Assembly (NCBI GenBank): GCA_040758355.1
Contig: JBFLWF010000003.1
Coordinates: 65,325 to 129,324, forward strand
Source: Nitrospirota bacterium
GTDB lineage: Bacteria; Nitrospirota; Thermodesulfovibrionia; Thermodesulfovibrionales; Dissulfurispiraceae
Length of the DNA: 64,000 bases
Direction: 5' to 3'
The translations under genes were made by a program, and so were the position numbers. Position 1 is the stretch's first letter. The number at the start of each line of letters is the position of its first letter. The notes under the pieces are model-generated. The model saw nothing but the letters and a program-made list of their open reading frames with translations, searched no databases and was not told where the DNA came from. Below are positions 9,146 to 17,636 of this stretch, in pieces.

Positions 9146-10279
9146 TTATTTCCCAAATGGGCATACAGGGTATCTGCATTCCTTGCAATTAAGGCAAAGT
9201 CCGCCATGTCCAAGTTCTGCAAGCTCATGTCTGCCGATTTTTTCTCCTGCAAGCACCCTCGGAAGGACTAAATCAAATATGGTTGTCTTATGATACATGC
9301 CGCATGCAGGAATACCTAAAACAGGAATGGGTGAATGGGTGAATGGGTGAATGGGTGAAGTGGCTGTCGCACTAATGTATGCCACCAGAAACATTGCACC
9401 GGGTAGTACTGCCGAGCCGTATGTGATGTCGGCAGCACCGAGCTTTCTAATGGCAAACCTCGTGACATCGTCAGGGTCGACAGACATGCCTCCTGTTGTA
9501 ATAAGCAAATCTGCACCGGCGTCTATGAGCTCTCTGAGCCTTGCCTCTATGAATTCTTCATTATCAGGTGCATAGTATATACCAACAATCTCTCCATCAA
9601 ATGTCTCAATCTTCTTCCTGATTATAGGCGCAAATGCATCCTTTATCCTTCCATAATAAACCTCGTTGCCTGTGATGACCACTCCGGCCTTCGGTTTTCT
9701 CAATTCTTTAACTTCGATTATTCCACCCTTACGATCTTCTGCACCTCCGTTCTTCCGCGCTTCTTCTCCAATTCCAACAGCCTTCTGTGCTATTTCACGC
9801 TTCACTACCAGCGGAATTGCCCTTGTGCCTGCAACAATCTGTCCTTTTTTTACTACGGTATTATCGTGCAGTGTTGCGCACATTACATCACCGAGCATAT
9901 TGAATTGAGTAAGGGAGTGTTTATTAATTTTCAAAAGCCCATCCCTATCAGCAATTATATTTATCTTGCCCTCCTTCGGTTCTCCTTCCATCTTCACGCC
10001 TTCACCCATTAAGGCATTGGCAAGTGCATATGCGGCGTCGTCTTCGTGCATCTCGTCATCTGCAATATTTAAAACAAACAGATTTTCTTTTCCGAGTCTC
10101 TGGAGATGGCTTATGTCTTCTTCCCTGACAATATGCCCTTTTTTGAATGCCCTGCCTTTAAAGTCATCCTGCTTTATCTCGGTAATATCATGGGCCAGAA
10201 CCATACCCACAGCATCTTCTACCGGGATTGTTTTAACGCCGATCCTATTCTTCGTATCCGAGCCCTGAATGTCACACAT
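9146..10279 (-). CDS. MoeA-like molybdopterin-binding protein
   Basis: AVGMVLAHDIT, VVITGNEVY.GRIKD.F, TGGMSVDPDD, PGAM, C-terminal CLNCKECRYPVCPFGK; start taken at ATG 10279 (GGAGG SD). Confidence 0.88.
   Translation of the reverse strand: MCDIQGSDTKNRIGVKTIPVEDAVGMVLAHDITEIKQDDFKGRAFKKGHIVREEDISHLQRLGKENLFVLNIADDEMHEDDAAYALANALMGEGVKMEGEPKEGKINIIADRDGLLKINKHSLTQFNMLGDVMCATLHDNTVVKKGQIVAGTRAIPLVVKREIAQKAVGIGEEARKNGGAEDRKGGIIEVKELRKPKAGVVITGNEVYYGRIKDAFAPIIRKKIETFDGEIVGIYYAPDNEEFIEARLRELIDAGADLLITTGGMSVDPDDVTRFAIRKLGAADITYGSAVLPGAMFLVAYISATATSPIHPFTHSPIPVLGIPACGMYHKTTIFDLVLPRVLAGEKIGRHELAELGHGGLCLNCKECRYPVCPFGK
9325..9356. repeat. In-frame (GAATGGGT)4 inside the MoeA-like gene
   Basis: Four perfect copies encoding SPIHPFTHSPIP; a second degenerate 8-mer array at 9728-9763 encodes EARKNGGAEDRK. 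Confidence 0.9.
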
Positions 10280-10293
10280 ACCATCCTCCCATT

Positions 10294-10375
10294 TCAAATT
10301 CGAAATCCTAATACCTAAATCCTAAACAAACTCAAAACCCTGCTTTTAGAATTTAGAATTTAGTGCTTAGAATTT
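10294..10375. repeat. Inverted pair of 7-mer arrays (CTAAATC-like / TTAGAAT-like)
   Basis: cgaaatc ctaatac ctaaatc ctaaac ... ttagaat ttagaat ttagtgc ttagaat. Confidence 0.7.
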
Positions 10376-10704
10376 TTCCCGAATATGGTTTTAAATTTCT
10401 TATCTACAATCTCTTTTATCCCTTCTTCCATGAGTTCGTACTGCCTTAAAAACTTTCTCGCATCCTTTGTAAGATTGGCCCCGCCTCCGTTTCTGCCTCC
10501 CGCCTGCCTCTCAACCAGTTTTATTCCAAGACGATCTTCCATTGCTTTTATATAACTCCATGCCCTTCGGTACGAAATGTTTATCTCCTTTGCAGCCTGA
10601 TTAATAGAGCCGTATTTATCTATAGCCTGAAGCAGAAATCTCCTCCCTCTGCCGAAAACAGGCTCTCCGTCAACTTCTATCCAGAGCTTTGATTTAATCT
10701 CCAT
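10360..10704 (-). CDS. modE: ModE-family regulator (DNA-binding domain only)
   Basis: MEIKSKLWIE..GEPVFGRGR..LLQAIDKYGSINQAAKEINISYRRAW; GGRNGGGA.LT. Confidence 0.88.
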   Translation of the reverse strand: MEIKSKLWIEVDGEPVFGRGRRFLLQAIDKYGSINQAAKEINISYRRAWSYIKAMEDRLGIKLVERQAGGRNGGGANLTKDARKFLRQYELMEEGIKEIVDKKFKTIFGKNSKH

Positions 10705-10731
10705 ATCGCTATGACTTTTTTGCATAACGTT
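10705..10731. promoter_or_regulatory. Putative ModE operator
   Basis: Dyad ATCGCTATGAC-N5-TGCATAACGTT resembles the ModE consensus (atCGcTAT...ATAaCGat) and abuts the modE ATG. Confidence 0.65.
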
Positions 10732-10743
10732 GATAATAAAAAA

Positions 10744-11025
10744 TCATTCCCTGGTGCTCGTAGTAATTGTAATCTTCTGAAGCCAGAATATTCCTTTTAA
10801 CGGCGACAGCATGCCCTTAACCGTACTTTCTATCAACTGCCTCGCAAAATCTTTTTTTGAAATATCTATCTCTCCTTTTTCGGTATAAACGTGAAACTCT
10901 TCGGAGTCCACGCATACTGTCACACTATTCGGAGATATGCCGAATGAGTTCGCTATCGCACACAGAATGTTGGCTATATAATCTTGCATAAAATCGTTCA
11001 GAGGGACTACATAACTATTTACCAT
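10744..11025 (-). CDS. Small hypothetical protein with an internal repeat
   Basis: LNDFMQDYIANIL..IA and KKDFARQLIESTVKGMLSPLKG; probable start ATG 11025, overlapping the fmdE stop. Confidence 0.65.
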   Translation of the reverse strand: MVNSYVVPLNDFMQDYIANILCAIANSFGISPNSVTVCVDSEEFHVYTEKGEIDISKKDFARQLIESTVKGMLSPLKGIFWLQKITITTSTRE

Positions 11026-11635
11026 AAGACTCGTCTTCAATGGTGTAATATCCTCCGTCTGCACATGGTTTGCACAAAATCCTTCCATCCCTGTAAACCT
11101 CCCTTATGTCCTGAACATATTCTCCGCAACTGTCGCACCTAATTCTCCTTAACGGTCTGCCGGGCATATCCTCGGGCTTTATGTCCACTTTCACATCCAT
11201 TATGTCAAAGAGATCATTATCAGACATTATCTTGTATGCCTCTAACTGAGCTTTATATTTATCCTCAATCTCCGGGAAGTACTCTTTTGCCTTATCCCTT
11301 GCATCTTCTTTTGCAATAACCCTTACAGCACTTCCTGTCTTGAGGTTCACAAAGGTAGCAGCCATCTTGCCGTAATCCATGAACTTCATCGTCCTGTGAC
11401 CAAGGCTACACCCTGTTACAGACTGCACCGCATCTGTTGCGCACCTGTCCATCTCCACAAATACAATCAGGCTCTTTCTGTCCTTGCCTTTAGGCTCTTC
11501 TATTCCAATCTTGGATAATCCGAGAATAGACATCTTGACGCCAAGAACCTGTCCGGGACAGAGATGTCCGTGAATCTTTACAGATTCTGCAAGGAGTCTT
11601 TCGAAGTCCGAATCAATTAATTTTGAGCTGCCCAT
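11015..11635 (-). CDS. fmdE: FmdE family protein with C-terminal zinc finger
   Basis: HGHLCPGQVLG, RCATDAVQSVTGCSLG, DYGKMAATF, CDSCGE...CKPC. Confidence 0.9.
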   Translation of the reverse strand: MGSSKLIDSDFERLLAESVKIHGHLCPGQVLGVKMSILGLSKIGIEEPKGKDRKSLIVFVEMDRCATDAVQSVTGCSLGHRTMKFMDYGKMAATFVNLKTGSAVRVIAKEDARDKAKEYFPEIEDKYKAQLEAYKIMSDNDLFDIMDVKVDIKPEDMPGRPLRRIRCDSCGEYVQDIREVYRDGRILCKPCADGGYYTIEDESYGK

Positions 11636-11982
11636 TCTTCTATTTTTTTGTGGATATCCTTCAATGAAAACGGTTTTTCAAAGCAGGCATCGATTTTCAA
11701 TGCCTCCATTTCTTCTTTATTCTCCTTATAAAAAGCCGATACCATAATTATCTTGCCGGCAAAACCTGCGCTCCTGAGCCTCCTGATTATATCAACCCCG
11801 CTGAAGGGTTTCATTTTTAAATCCGTAATTACTACGTCAAACTTATCGAAATTTATCAGAGAAACAGCGGCATTAGGCGAATTTGTGCCAACCACATCAT
11901 GTCCCTTTTCGGACAGATACTCCAGTAATGACGTTATAATCAGGGGCTCGTCGTCTATTATGAGTATATTTATTTCACCCAC
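11617..11982 (-). CDS. Single-domain response regulator
   Basis: ILIIDDE, VVITDLKM, MVSA, KPF. Confidence 0.9.
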   Translation of the reverse strand: MGEINILIIDDEPLIITSLLEYLSEKGHDVVGTNSPNAAVSLINFDKFDVVITDLKMKPFSGVDIIRRLRSAGFAGKIIMVSAFYKENKEEMEALKIDACFEKPFSLKDIHKKIEEWAAQN

Positions 11983-12050
11983 CTCCTGAGTTTATTGTTA
12001 ATAATAACCAATCTAATTGTAAATTTAATATTAAATTTATTCAGCCGCCA

Positions 12051-12098
12051 ATAAAAATGTGGATGGGGCTGGGGAACAGGGGGAAGTGCCCCATCCAC
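12051..12098 (-). terminator. Hairpin / probable terminator after the arr operon
   Basis: 11-bp stem GTGGATGGGGC/GCCCCATCCAC followed by ATTTTTATT on the minus strand. Confidence 0.55.
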
Positions 12099-12107
12099 GA
12101 GGGAGAG

Positions 12108-13085
12108 CTAAGCAAATTCAAAAGGATTATGCCCTCTAAAACCCCTTTTAATTAAAATTGCATTATTCATACAAAACCCCTCGCACAATCCGCATCCGCT
12201 GCATAAAGAGGTATTGAAAGACAATTCCCTGCTATCGCCTGCGGTTTCTATTTTTAACGCGCCTGTAGGACACATGCCTATGCAAGCAAAGCAGTTGTTG
12301 CAGTCTTCGTTTATATCGACGGTATAATAATAATTTTCAAGCAAAGCGGTGTTGTCTCCCTTTTTATAAGATATAACCCTGTTCAGCAAATCCCTCTTGA
12401 TAGGAATTTTTTTTGCTGAATATGACTGTGGCGCCATAACTTCGTCGTTCTCGAAAAACTCGGAGGCATGAAGAAATGTCAGATTTTTAATCGCCTTGAA
12501 AAATCCCCTGCGGTCGAATGAGATGTCCTGATAATACAACTCTGATCCATCTTCCACAAGGCATATCTTCTCAAATACATTCAAAGAGGTATTTTTAGTA
12601 ATACTTCCGATTCTTTTCTTCAGGGTATCGACAATGAACCCGTTCCTGCAATCGGCGCATCCCGTAAGATTAATCTGGAGCCGTCCCTCCAGGAAAACCG
12701 AAAGGGCAATAATATGATCTTCCGACAGAAAACCAAAGCAAAGAGTTCTTTCATGTGCCTTTAAATCCGCCCTCGCATTGCAGCCGAGTACGGGGGCCGG
12801 AACGGAATTGCCAGCTTTTTTTAATCTCGCGATAAGGGAATAAAAATCCGTAGCTTTTGCATCAAAGCATCCCGAAGGACATACAGATACGCATAACATG
12901 CATTCGGAACATGCATCTCTCTTGATGTCAACACCTTCGTCTATTCTGACAGCATTGAACCTGCAATGCTTAATACACTCGCTGCAGGTGCTTTTGTTAA
13001 AACGCATCCTCAAACACCTCGATTGGTCTACGGCAATCGCATCTGCTGTGTTCGACATAGTGTCGATTATTTTGCCCTGCAGCAT
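12108..13085 (-). CDS. Multi-[4Fe-4S] ferredoxin-like protein (ArrE-like)
   Basis: CSECIKHC, CSECMLCVSVCP, CNNCFACIGMCP, CSGCGLCEGFC; last gene of the arr operon. Confidence 0.85.
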   Translation of the reverse strand: MLQGKIIDTMSNTADAIAVDQSRCLRMRFNKSTCSECIKHCRFNAVRIDEGVDIKRDACSECMLCVSVCPSGCFDAKATDFYSLIARLKKAGNSVPAPVLGCNARADLKAHERTLCFGFLSEDHIIALSVFLEGRLQINLTGCADCRNGFIVDTLKKRIGSITKNTSLNVFEKICLVEDGSELYYQDISFDRRGFFKAIKNLTFLHASEFFENDEVMAPQSYSAKKIPIKRDLLNRVISYKKGDNTALLENYYYTVDINEDCNNCFACIGMCPTGALKIETAGDSRELSFNTSLCSGCGLCEGFCMNNAILIKRGFRGHNPFEFA

Positions 13086-13753
13086 TAATTTAAAACCCTC
13101 TGTGCCTTTTCGCTCATAATTTCATCAGGGATAACAGAGTTCATAATAAAGGCCGAAACACACTCGGCAAGTGCCAGGTAGAATTCATTGTCAGTGCCAT
13201 TTTTTATTTTTTCGCAGAAATTATTTATCCATAGGCCGAGAAATGAATTTAGAAATTCCTGCTGCATCTTAATAAATTTATGAGCGGTATCAATATCAGA
13301 TTTTTCCAGTGCCTCTGTCTCTTTAAATACAAGATAATACATAAATTCAAGTTCAACTGCTATATGGTCAGGCAGTTCCTTAAAATCATCATTTATTGCA
13401 AGTCCTGCCTCCCGATAGAGTTCCATTGTCTTAATCGTGGAATCCCCCATAACCTTTCTTTCCTTATCAAGATAAATCGAGCCATATGGCGGTGCGATCA
13501 GCTCATTTGGTCCTACAAAAAGTTTTGCATAATCAACTAACAGTTCTTCATTTGTATATGTCGCAATTGCTTCTTCCATCTTTTCTGCAAATACAGAGGC
13601 AGAAGAACAGACTCTTTTTAATCCCTCTGCAAGGTTTCTCAGGAGATATTCCTGCACAAAAAGAGATCTATCAGGCTGATAAAAACATGCAGATAAAAGC
13701 CTGTAACAGTCTCCTCTTATTTTTTCATTTAATATCAATTCATCGATGTTCAC
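13085..13753 (-). CDS. arrD: TorD/DmsD-family molybdoenzyme chaperone
   Basis: DYAKLFVGP, PPYGSIY, ELPDHIAVELEFM. True start is probably GTG at about 13753-13759; the longer ORF start is translated repeat DNA. Confidence 0.88.
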   Translation of the reverse strand: MNIDELILNEKIRGDCYRLLSACFYQPDRSLFVQEYLLRNLAEGLKRVCSSASVFAEKMEEAIATYTNEELLVDYAKLFVGPNELIAPPYGSIYLDKERKVMGDSTIKTMELYREAGLAINDDFKELPDHIAVELEFMYYLVFKETEALEKSDIDTAHKFIKMQQEFLNSFLGLWINNFCEKIKNGTDNEFYLALAECVSAFIMNSVIPDEIMSEKAQRVLN

Positions 13754-13794
13754 TTTCACCTCATTTGCTTGGAGTAAAAAAATTGGTGTGCGGG

Positions 13795-13862
13795 AATGGA
13801 GTAATGGAGTGATGGAGTAATGATTTTTTATACCCAACACTCCAATACTCCAACACTCCAAT
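13795..13862. repeat. Inverted pair of 8-mer arrays between arrB and arrD
   Basis: aatggagt aatggagt gatggagt aatg ... caacactc caatactc caacactc caatt. Confidence 0.85.
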
Positions 13863-13881
13863 TCTTTACTCCGTAGAAGTC

Positions 13882-14679
13882 TTACGCCTTCTTGGCCTCG
13901 CCCTTAAAGCTTTTTATATAATATACATTGGGCTGCGTGCCCTTTTCTCCAGGCTTTAAAAGCTCGCCCTTGTTGTTCTTAAGCTGCACAGCCTTGTGGG
14001 CTTTCAGAGCCTTGCTCGGCTCGCTGTTGGGGTCCGAAAGGTCGCCGAATATACGGGCTTTCGCAGGGCAAGATGCCACACAGTAAGGCTGCTCGCCGTT
14101 AAGAACGCGGTGCTCGCAGAACATGCACTTTTCAACTTTGCCTTTCTCTCTGACGCTCGCATAGTCCGAATGCTTATACATTGTGCGATGCGGAGGCATG
14201 TCACCAGCCTTCTTTGAGACATCAGCGCCCGATGAAGTACAACCGGGTATAACCTCTTTTGTGTCTTTATAAAAAGGATGGACTTCATCGGTAAAGTCAT
14301 TAAAACTTATAACGCTGTACTGCACGCCTGCCTTATCAACATCTTCTGAACTATAGGGACATGCCTGCTGGCACCGACGGCATCCGATGCACCTCTCCAT
14401 ATTGTGGATTGTCATGCCGTTTTCGTGTTTATGCATCGCCTTTGGAGTTACAGGACATGCCTTAACGCAAGGAGCATCTGAGCAGTGGTTGCAGAGAACA
14501 GGCATAGGAGTGAACTTCACATCCGGATACTTGCCCTCTGTTTTCATAAAGAAATCGGCCCAGTTGAATCTCTGCCCCTTCGCCCTGTCCTGAGTGTTGT
14601 TCTCTGTCTTGCATGCGATTGCACACGCACCGCAGCCGACACACTTCTGTAAGTCTATAACCATTCCGTATTTAGGCAT
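13882..14679 (-). CDS. arrB: Arsenate respiratory reductase Fe-S subunit
   Basis: Four cluster motifs (CVGCGACAIAC, CNHCSDAPCVKACP, CIGCRRCQQACPY, CMFC..PYCVASCP); CPYS insertion typical of ArrB; directly follows arrA. Confidence 0.88.
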   Translation of the reverse strand: MPKYGMVIDLQKCVGCGACAIACKTENNTQDRAKGQRFNWADFFMKTEGKYPDVKFTPMPVLCNHCSDAPCVKACPVTPKAMHKHENGMTIHNMERCIGCRRCQQACPYSSEDVDKAGVQYSVISFNDFTDEVHPFYKDTKEVIPGCTSSGADVSKKAGDMPPHRTMYKHSDYASVREKGKVEKCMFCEHRVLNGEQPYCVASCPAKARIFGDLSDPNSEPSKALKAHKAVQLKNNKGELLKPGEKGTQPNVYYIKSFKGEAKKA

Positions 14680-14698
14680 CTATCTTTACCTCCTTTCC

Positions 14699-17272
14699 TT
14701 AAACCTTCTCTATTCTTACCGCGGTAAAGCCGCCGTTTCTGCAGTTGCTGCCGGTCATACGCTCAACATCAAAAGGCATGAGGTCATTGTTATTGCCGCC
14801 TCTCGGTGTCTTGTTAAATTCTTTGGTAGCAACCTTTCCGTATGCCCAGTGTCCCTGACCATAGCACTTTGAAACAGTGCCGGGCCTTACACCTTCCCAG
14901 AGCTTTGCCTTGACAGTAATGCTGCCTGTTACAGAAGTGAGCTTCACCATGTCTCCTGTCTTGATCCCGAGTTTTTTGCCGTCCTCGGGATTTATCCTCA
15001 CGATATCGTCCCAGCTCTCATCGCCAACATCTACCCTCTTGAACTCCTGGAACCATGTGGTGTTCTGGCTTCTTCCTTCCCTGTTGAGCCTTGACTTGAA
15101 GTCAACGAGGATAAACGGATATTTGACAGGGTCGCCCCATATCTTTGGCGACTCATAATGAGGCACAAATACCTCTTCGCCTTTTGCCGTATACTGGGCT
15201 GCCTCTACAATATCATCAATCGTTGTCTTATACTTTTCGGCATGGGCTTTAAGACCCGTCTTCAGTCCTTCACTGTAAAACTCAAATTTCTTAGTAAGTG
15301 TCGGGAAGCCCTTTTCCCAGAGTCCTTTGTATTTATAAGACTCTGAATTATAGATTCCCTTTGCCTTAAAGTCTTCCCAGCCGTTAAGCTGAGGGCTACC
15401 CTTAAGAGGCTCTTTTGGTTTCCATACAGGCATGCTGATGGTTTTTGCTACAATCTCTGCAAAATCCTCAGGCCCGGTAGGAGTCTTGCCGGTTTCAGGG
15501 TCTTTAAATGAATTGAAGTAATTAATCATATTCGGGAAACCCTTTTCGCCAAGCTTTTGAGCGAGCATGTACATTATCTCTGTCTCGTCAGCTTTCTCTT
15601 CCCAGAGCCTTCCGACAACAGGCTGCTGAATGGAGATATGTGTATGACCATTGCCTTTGTTGTCAATTATCGAGAGCTTCTGTGTAGCATGATGCGCTGC
15701 AGGCAATACTATATCGGCATACATCGCAGCCTCGGCAGGGTTGGTGCCGATATGGACATAAAAGACCTTTTCCATTGCCCTGTCCCATCTGTCAGCGCCT
15801 GTGCATGAGAAGTTGAAGTTTGCCCAATAGCTTATGCAGACTTTGATATCATAAGGGTCTGCATTCAATATGCCTGTTGCTGTATTATTTGTAATAACAG
15901 CAGTGCCTGGTTTGAAATTTCCCTTTTTGTCAGCGTCGGGATTAAGCGAAGGGAACTGCTTGTATCCCCTCTGGTCGATCTTTTTTTCCTTGCCGTATTT
16001 CTTTGCCATGTCATCGAGGAAAGGATCAATGGAGGGCAGTTTTCCTGATGGCGACTTTGGATGATGGGTCAATACGCCGCCCTCAACATCTATGCAGCCG
16101 AGAAGGCCGTTAATAGCATATATTGCCTGAGATGCTGCAGCACCTCTCGGGCTCATAACAGGACCGGGGCCCATCCATATCGCACACTGCGGAGCAGCAG
16201 CAGCCATTGTCTTTGCAACTTTTACAATCTGAGACTTGGAAATGCCGCAGATTTTTTCAGCCCATTCAGGTGTCCTGTCCTTGAGTTCAATGTTCCACCA
16301 TTTTACAAGACCATGTGTGTGCTTTTCTGCAAATGCAGCCTCGTCAACTGTCTTTCCTGTCTTGAACTGGTTCTTGCCGTCTTTAAAGTCTCCAACGAAC
16401 TCCTTGTTCCACAAGCCTTCTGTCAGGAGAACATGGGCTATTGCCAGTGCAAGTGCGCCGTCTTCACCTGGCTTTACAGGCACCCACATATGAGATTTTG
16501 CCCCTATAGCGCTCAATCTCGGGTCAACAGTAATAAGCGTACCTCTATCAATAAGGTCGCCAATTTTATTTATTGTGTTCGGAACGTTCCTGTTTGAGCT
16601 TAACGGGTCGCATCCCCATACTACAAGACATTTCATATTCTGAAGGTTATAATCCCTGTATCCCCAGTAGCCTTCTGTTGCAAAAGGACCAAATTTCTCG
16701 GCCTCTGCACAGATAGCACTGTGTGAGATCGAATTGGGTGAGCCTATTATCTTTGGTAATGTTCCGTAAGCAAGAGGATATGTCTTTGGTGAATATCTTC
16801 CCCTGATGAAGAGAAATTTATGCGGCTCGTTGTTTTTTCTGAGTTCGAGGAGCTTATCAGCAACTATACCCAATGCCTCATCCCATGAAATGGGAACGAA
16901 CTTTGGATCTTCTCCTCTGCCCTTTTTGGGGTTTGTCCTTTTCATAGGAACCTTCACCCTGTCTGGGTCGTAAAGCTCCTGAAGCATAAGGTGTCCTCTC
17001 GGACAGCAGTAACCGCCGTTTACCTTTGAAAGCTGGTTTCCGCGAACTTTTACAGCCCTTCCGTTCTGAACAAAAAACTCGCAAGGGCACCACTGTGTAC
17101 AGCCCTGACATGTGGATGGAACCCATTTGCCGGGATCCGTGCTGCCGCTCACCTTTTCGCCTGCAAGCGGCTTGGGCACCTGTGCAAAGGCATTAAGGGA
17201 TGGTCCTGTTAATGCCATTGCTGCGCCGGCTGCCACGCCTGCCTTAAGAAAGTCTCTTCTCTTAATCTCCAT
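14699..17272 (-). CDS. arrA: Arsenate respiratory reductase catalytic Mo-bisPGD subunit
   Basis: Tat signal KRRDFLK; CQGCTQWC cluster motif; ArrA signature RGRY; HSAICAEAEK with Tyr 12 residues after the Lys, matching the spacing of the arsenate-binding residues of Shewanella ANA-3 ArrA. Confidence 0.92.
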   Translation of the reverse strand: MEIKRRDFLKAGVAAGAAMALTGPSLNAFAQVPKPLAGEKVSGSTDPGKWVPSTCQGCTQWCPCEFFVQNGRAVKVRGNQLSKVNGGYCCPRGHLMLQELYDPDRVKVPMKRTNPKKGRGEDPKFVPISWDEALGIVADKLLELRKNNEPHKFLFIRGRYSPKTYPLAYGTLPKIIGSPNSISHSAICAEAEKFGPFATEGYWGYRDYNLQNMKCLVVWGCDPLSSNRNVPNTINKIGDLIDRGTLITVDPRLSAIGAKSHMWVPVKPGEDGALALAIAHVLLTEGLWNKEFVGDFKDGKNQFKTGKTVDEAAFAEKHTHGLVKWWNIELKDRTPEWAEKICGISKSQIVKVAKTMAAAAPQCAIWMGPGPVMSPRGAAASQAIYAINGLLGCIDVEGGVLTHHPKSPSGKLPSIDPFLDDMAKKYGKEKKIDQRGYKQFPSLNPDADKKGNFKPGTAVITNNTATGILNADPYDIKVCISYWANFNFSCTGADRWDRAMEKVFYVHIGTNPAEAAMYADIVLPAAHHATQKLSIIDNKGNGHTHISIQQPVVGRLWEEKADETEIMYMLAQKLGEKGFPNMINYFNSFKDPETGKTPTGPEDFAEIVAKTISMPVWKPKEPLKGSPQLNGWEDFKAKGIYNSESYKYKGLWEKGFPTLTKKFEFYSEGLKTGLKAHAEKYKTTIDDIVEAAQYTAKGEEVFVPHYESPKIWGDPVKYPFILVDFKSRLNREGRSQNTTWFQEFKRVDVGDESWDDIVRINPEDGKKLGIKTGDMVKLTSVTGSITVKAKLWEGVRPGTVSKCYGQGHWAYGKVATKEFNKTPRGGNNNDLMPFDVERMTGSNCRNGGFTAVRIEKV

Positions 17273-17420
17273 CTTTACCTCCTTTTAGGTATTTAAGATT
17301 GAAAAGAAATCAACTGCAAAATTTGCGAAATCCCCTCCTTCTCACCCCCTTCTGTCATGCCTGTTCTAAAGATTATCCCACCTCATTTTGTTTGTCAAAT
17401 GATAATTCATAAAAATGTTT

Positions 17421-17436
17421 ATCAACTTTTATGCCA
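17421..17436 (-). promoter_or_regulatory. Sigma54 -24/-12 promoter of arrA
   Basis: TGGCAT-AAAAG-TTGAT on the minus strand (-12 variant GA). Confidence 0.7.
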
Positions 17437-17477
17437 TATGTAACATGTTGAAAACAAAAGGTTTATTCTTATAGATG

Positions 17478-17585
17478 TGTTACTAAAAAGAAACAGATAT
17501 AAATTAGAAATCACGTATCTGCTTCTATTGTCAATAAAAACAAGGTCTTTTCATCCAAAAATCGGAGTGTTACGATTTAGTAGCG
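17478..17585. promoter_or_regulatory. Two dyad sites (candidate ArrR boxes)
   Basis: TGTTAC-N6-GAAACA (17478-17495) and TGTTAC-N6-GTAGCG (17568-17585). Confidence 0.65.
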
Positions 17586-17636
17586 ATGACATATTCTTTA
17601 TGCTCTCAGTTCAAGAAAGGGTTTGTGTATAAAATT

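Noticed and set aside
12021..12038. Perfect palindrome AAATTTAATATTAAATTT upstream of the receiver gene
   Set aside because: Entirely A/T, single occurrence, no assignable regulator; may be chance.
13760..13861. N-terminal extension of the TorD chaperone (MECWSIGVLG...HYSITPLLH)
   Set aside because: It is the translation of the intergenic 8-mer arrays; a GTG start downstream fits the family length.
14699..17272. Calling the molybdoenzyme ArxA, PsrA, NapA or NarG
   Set aside because: It has RGRY rather than the ArxA GRGWG motif, and the ArrA-type HSxxCxxxxK segment.
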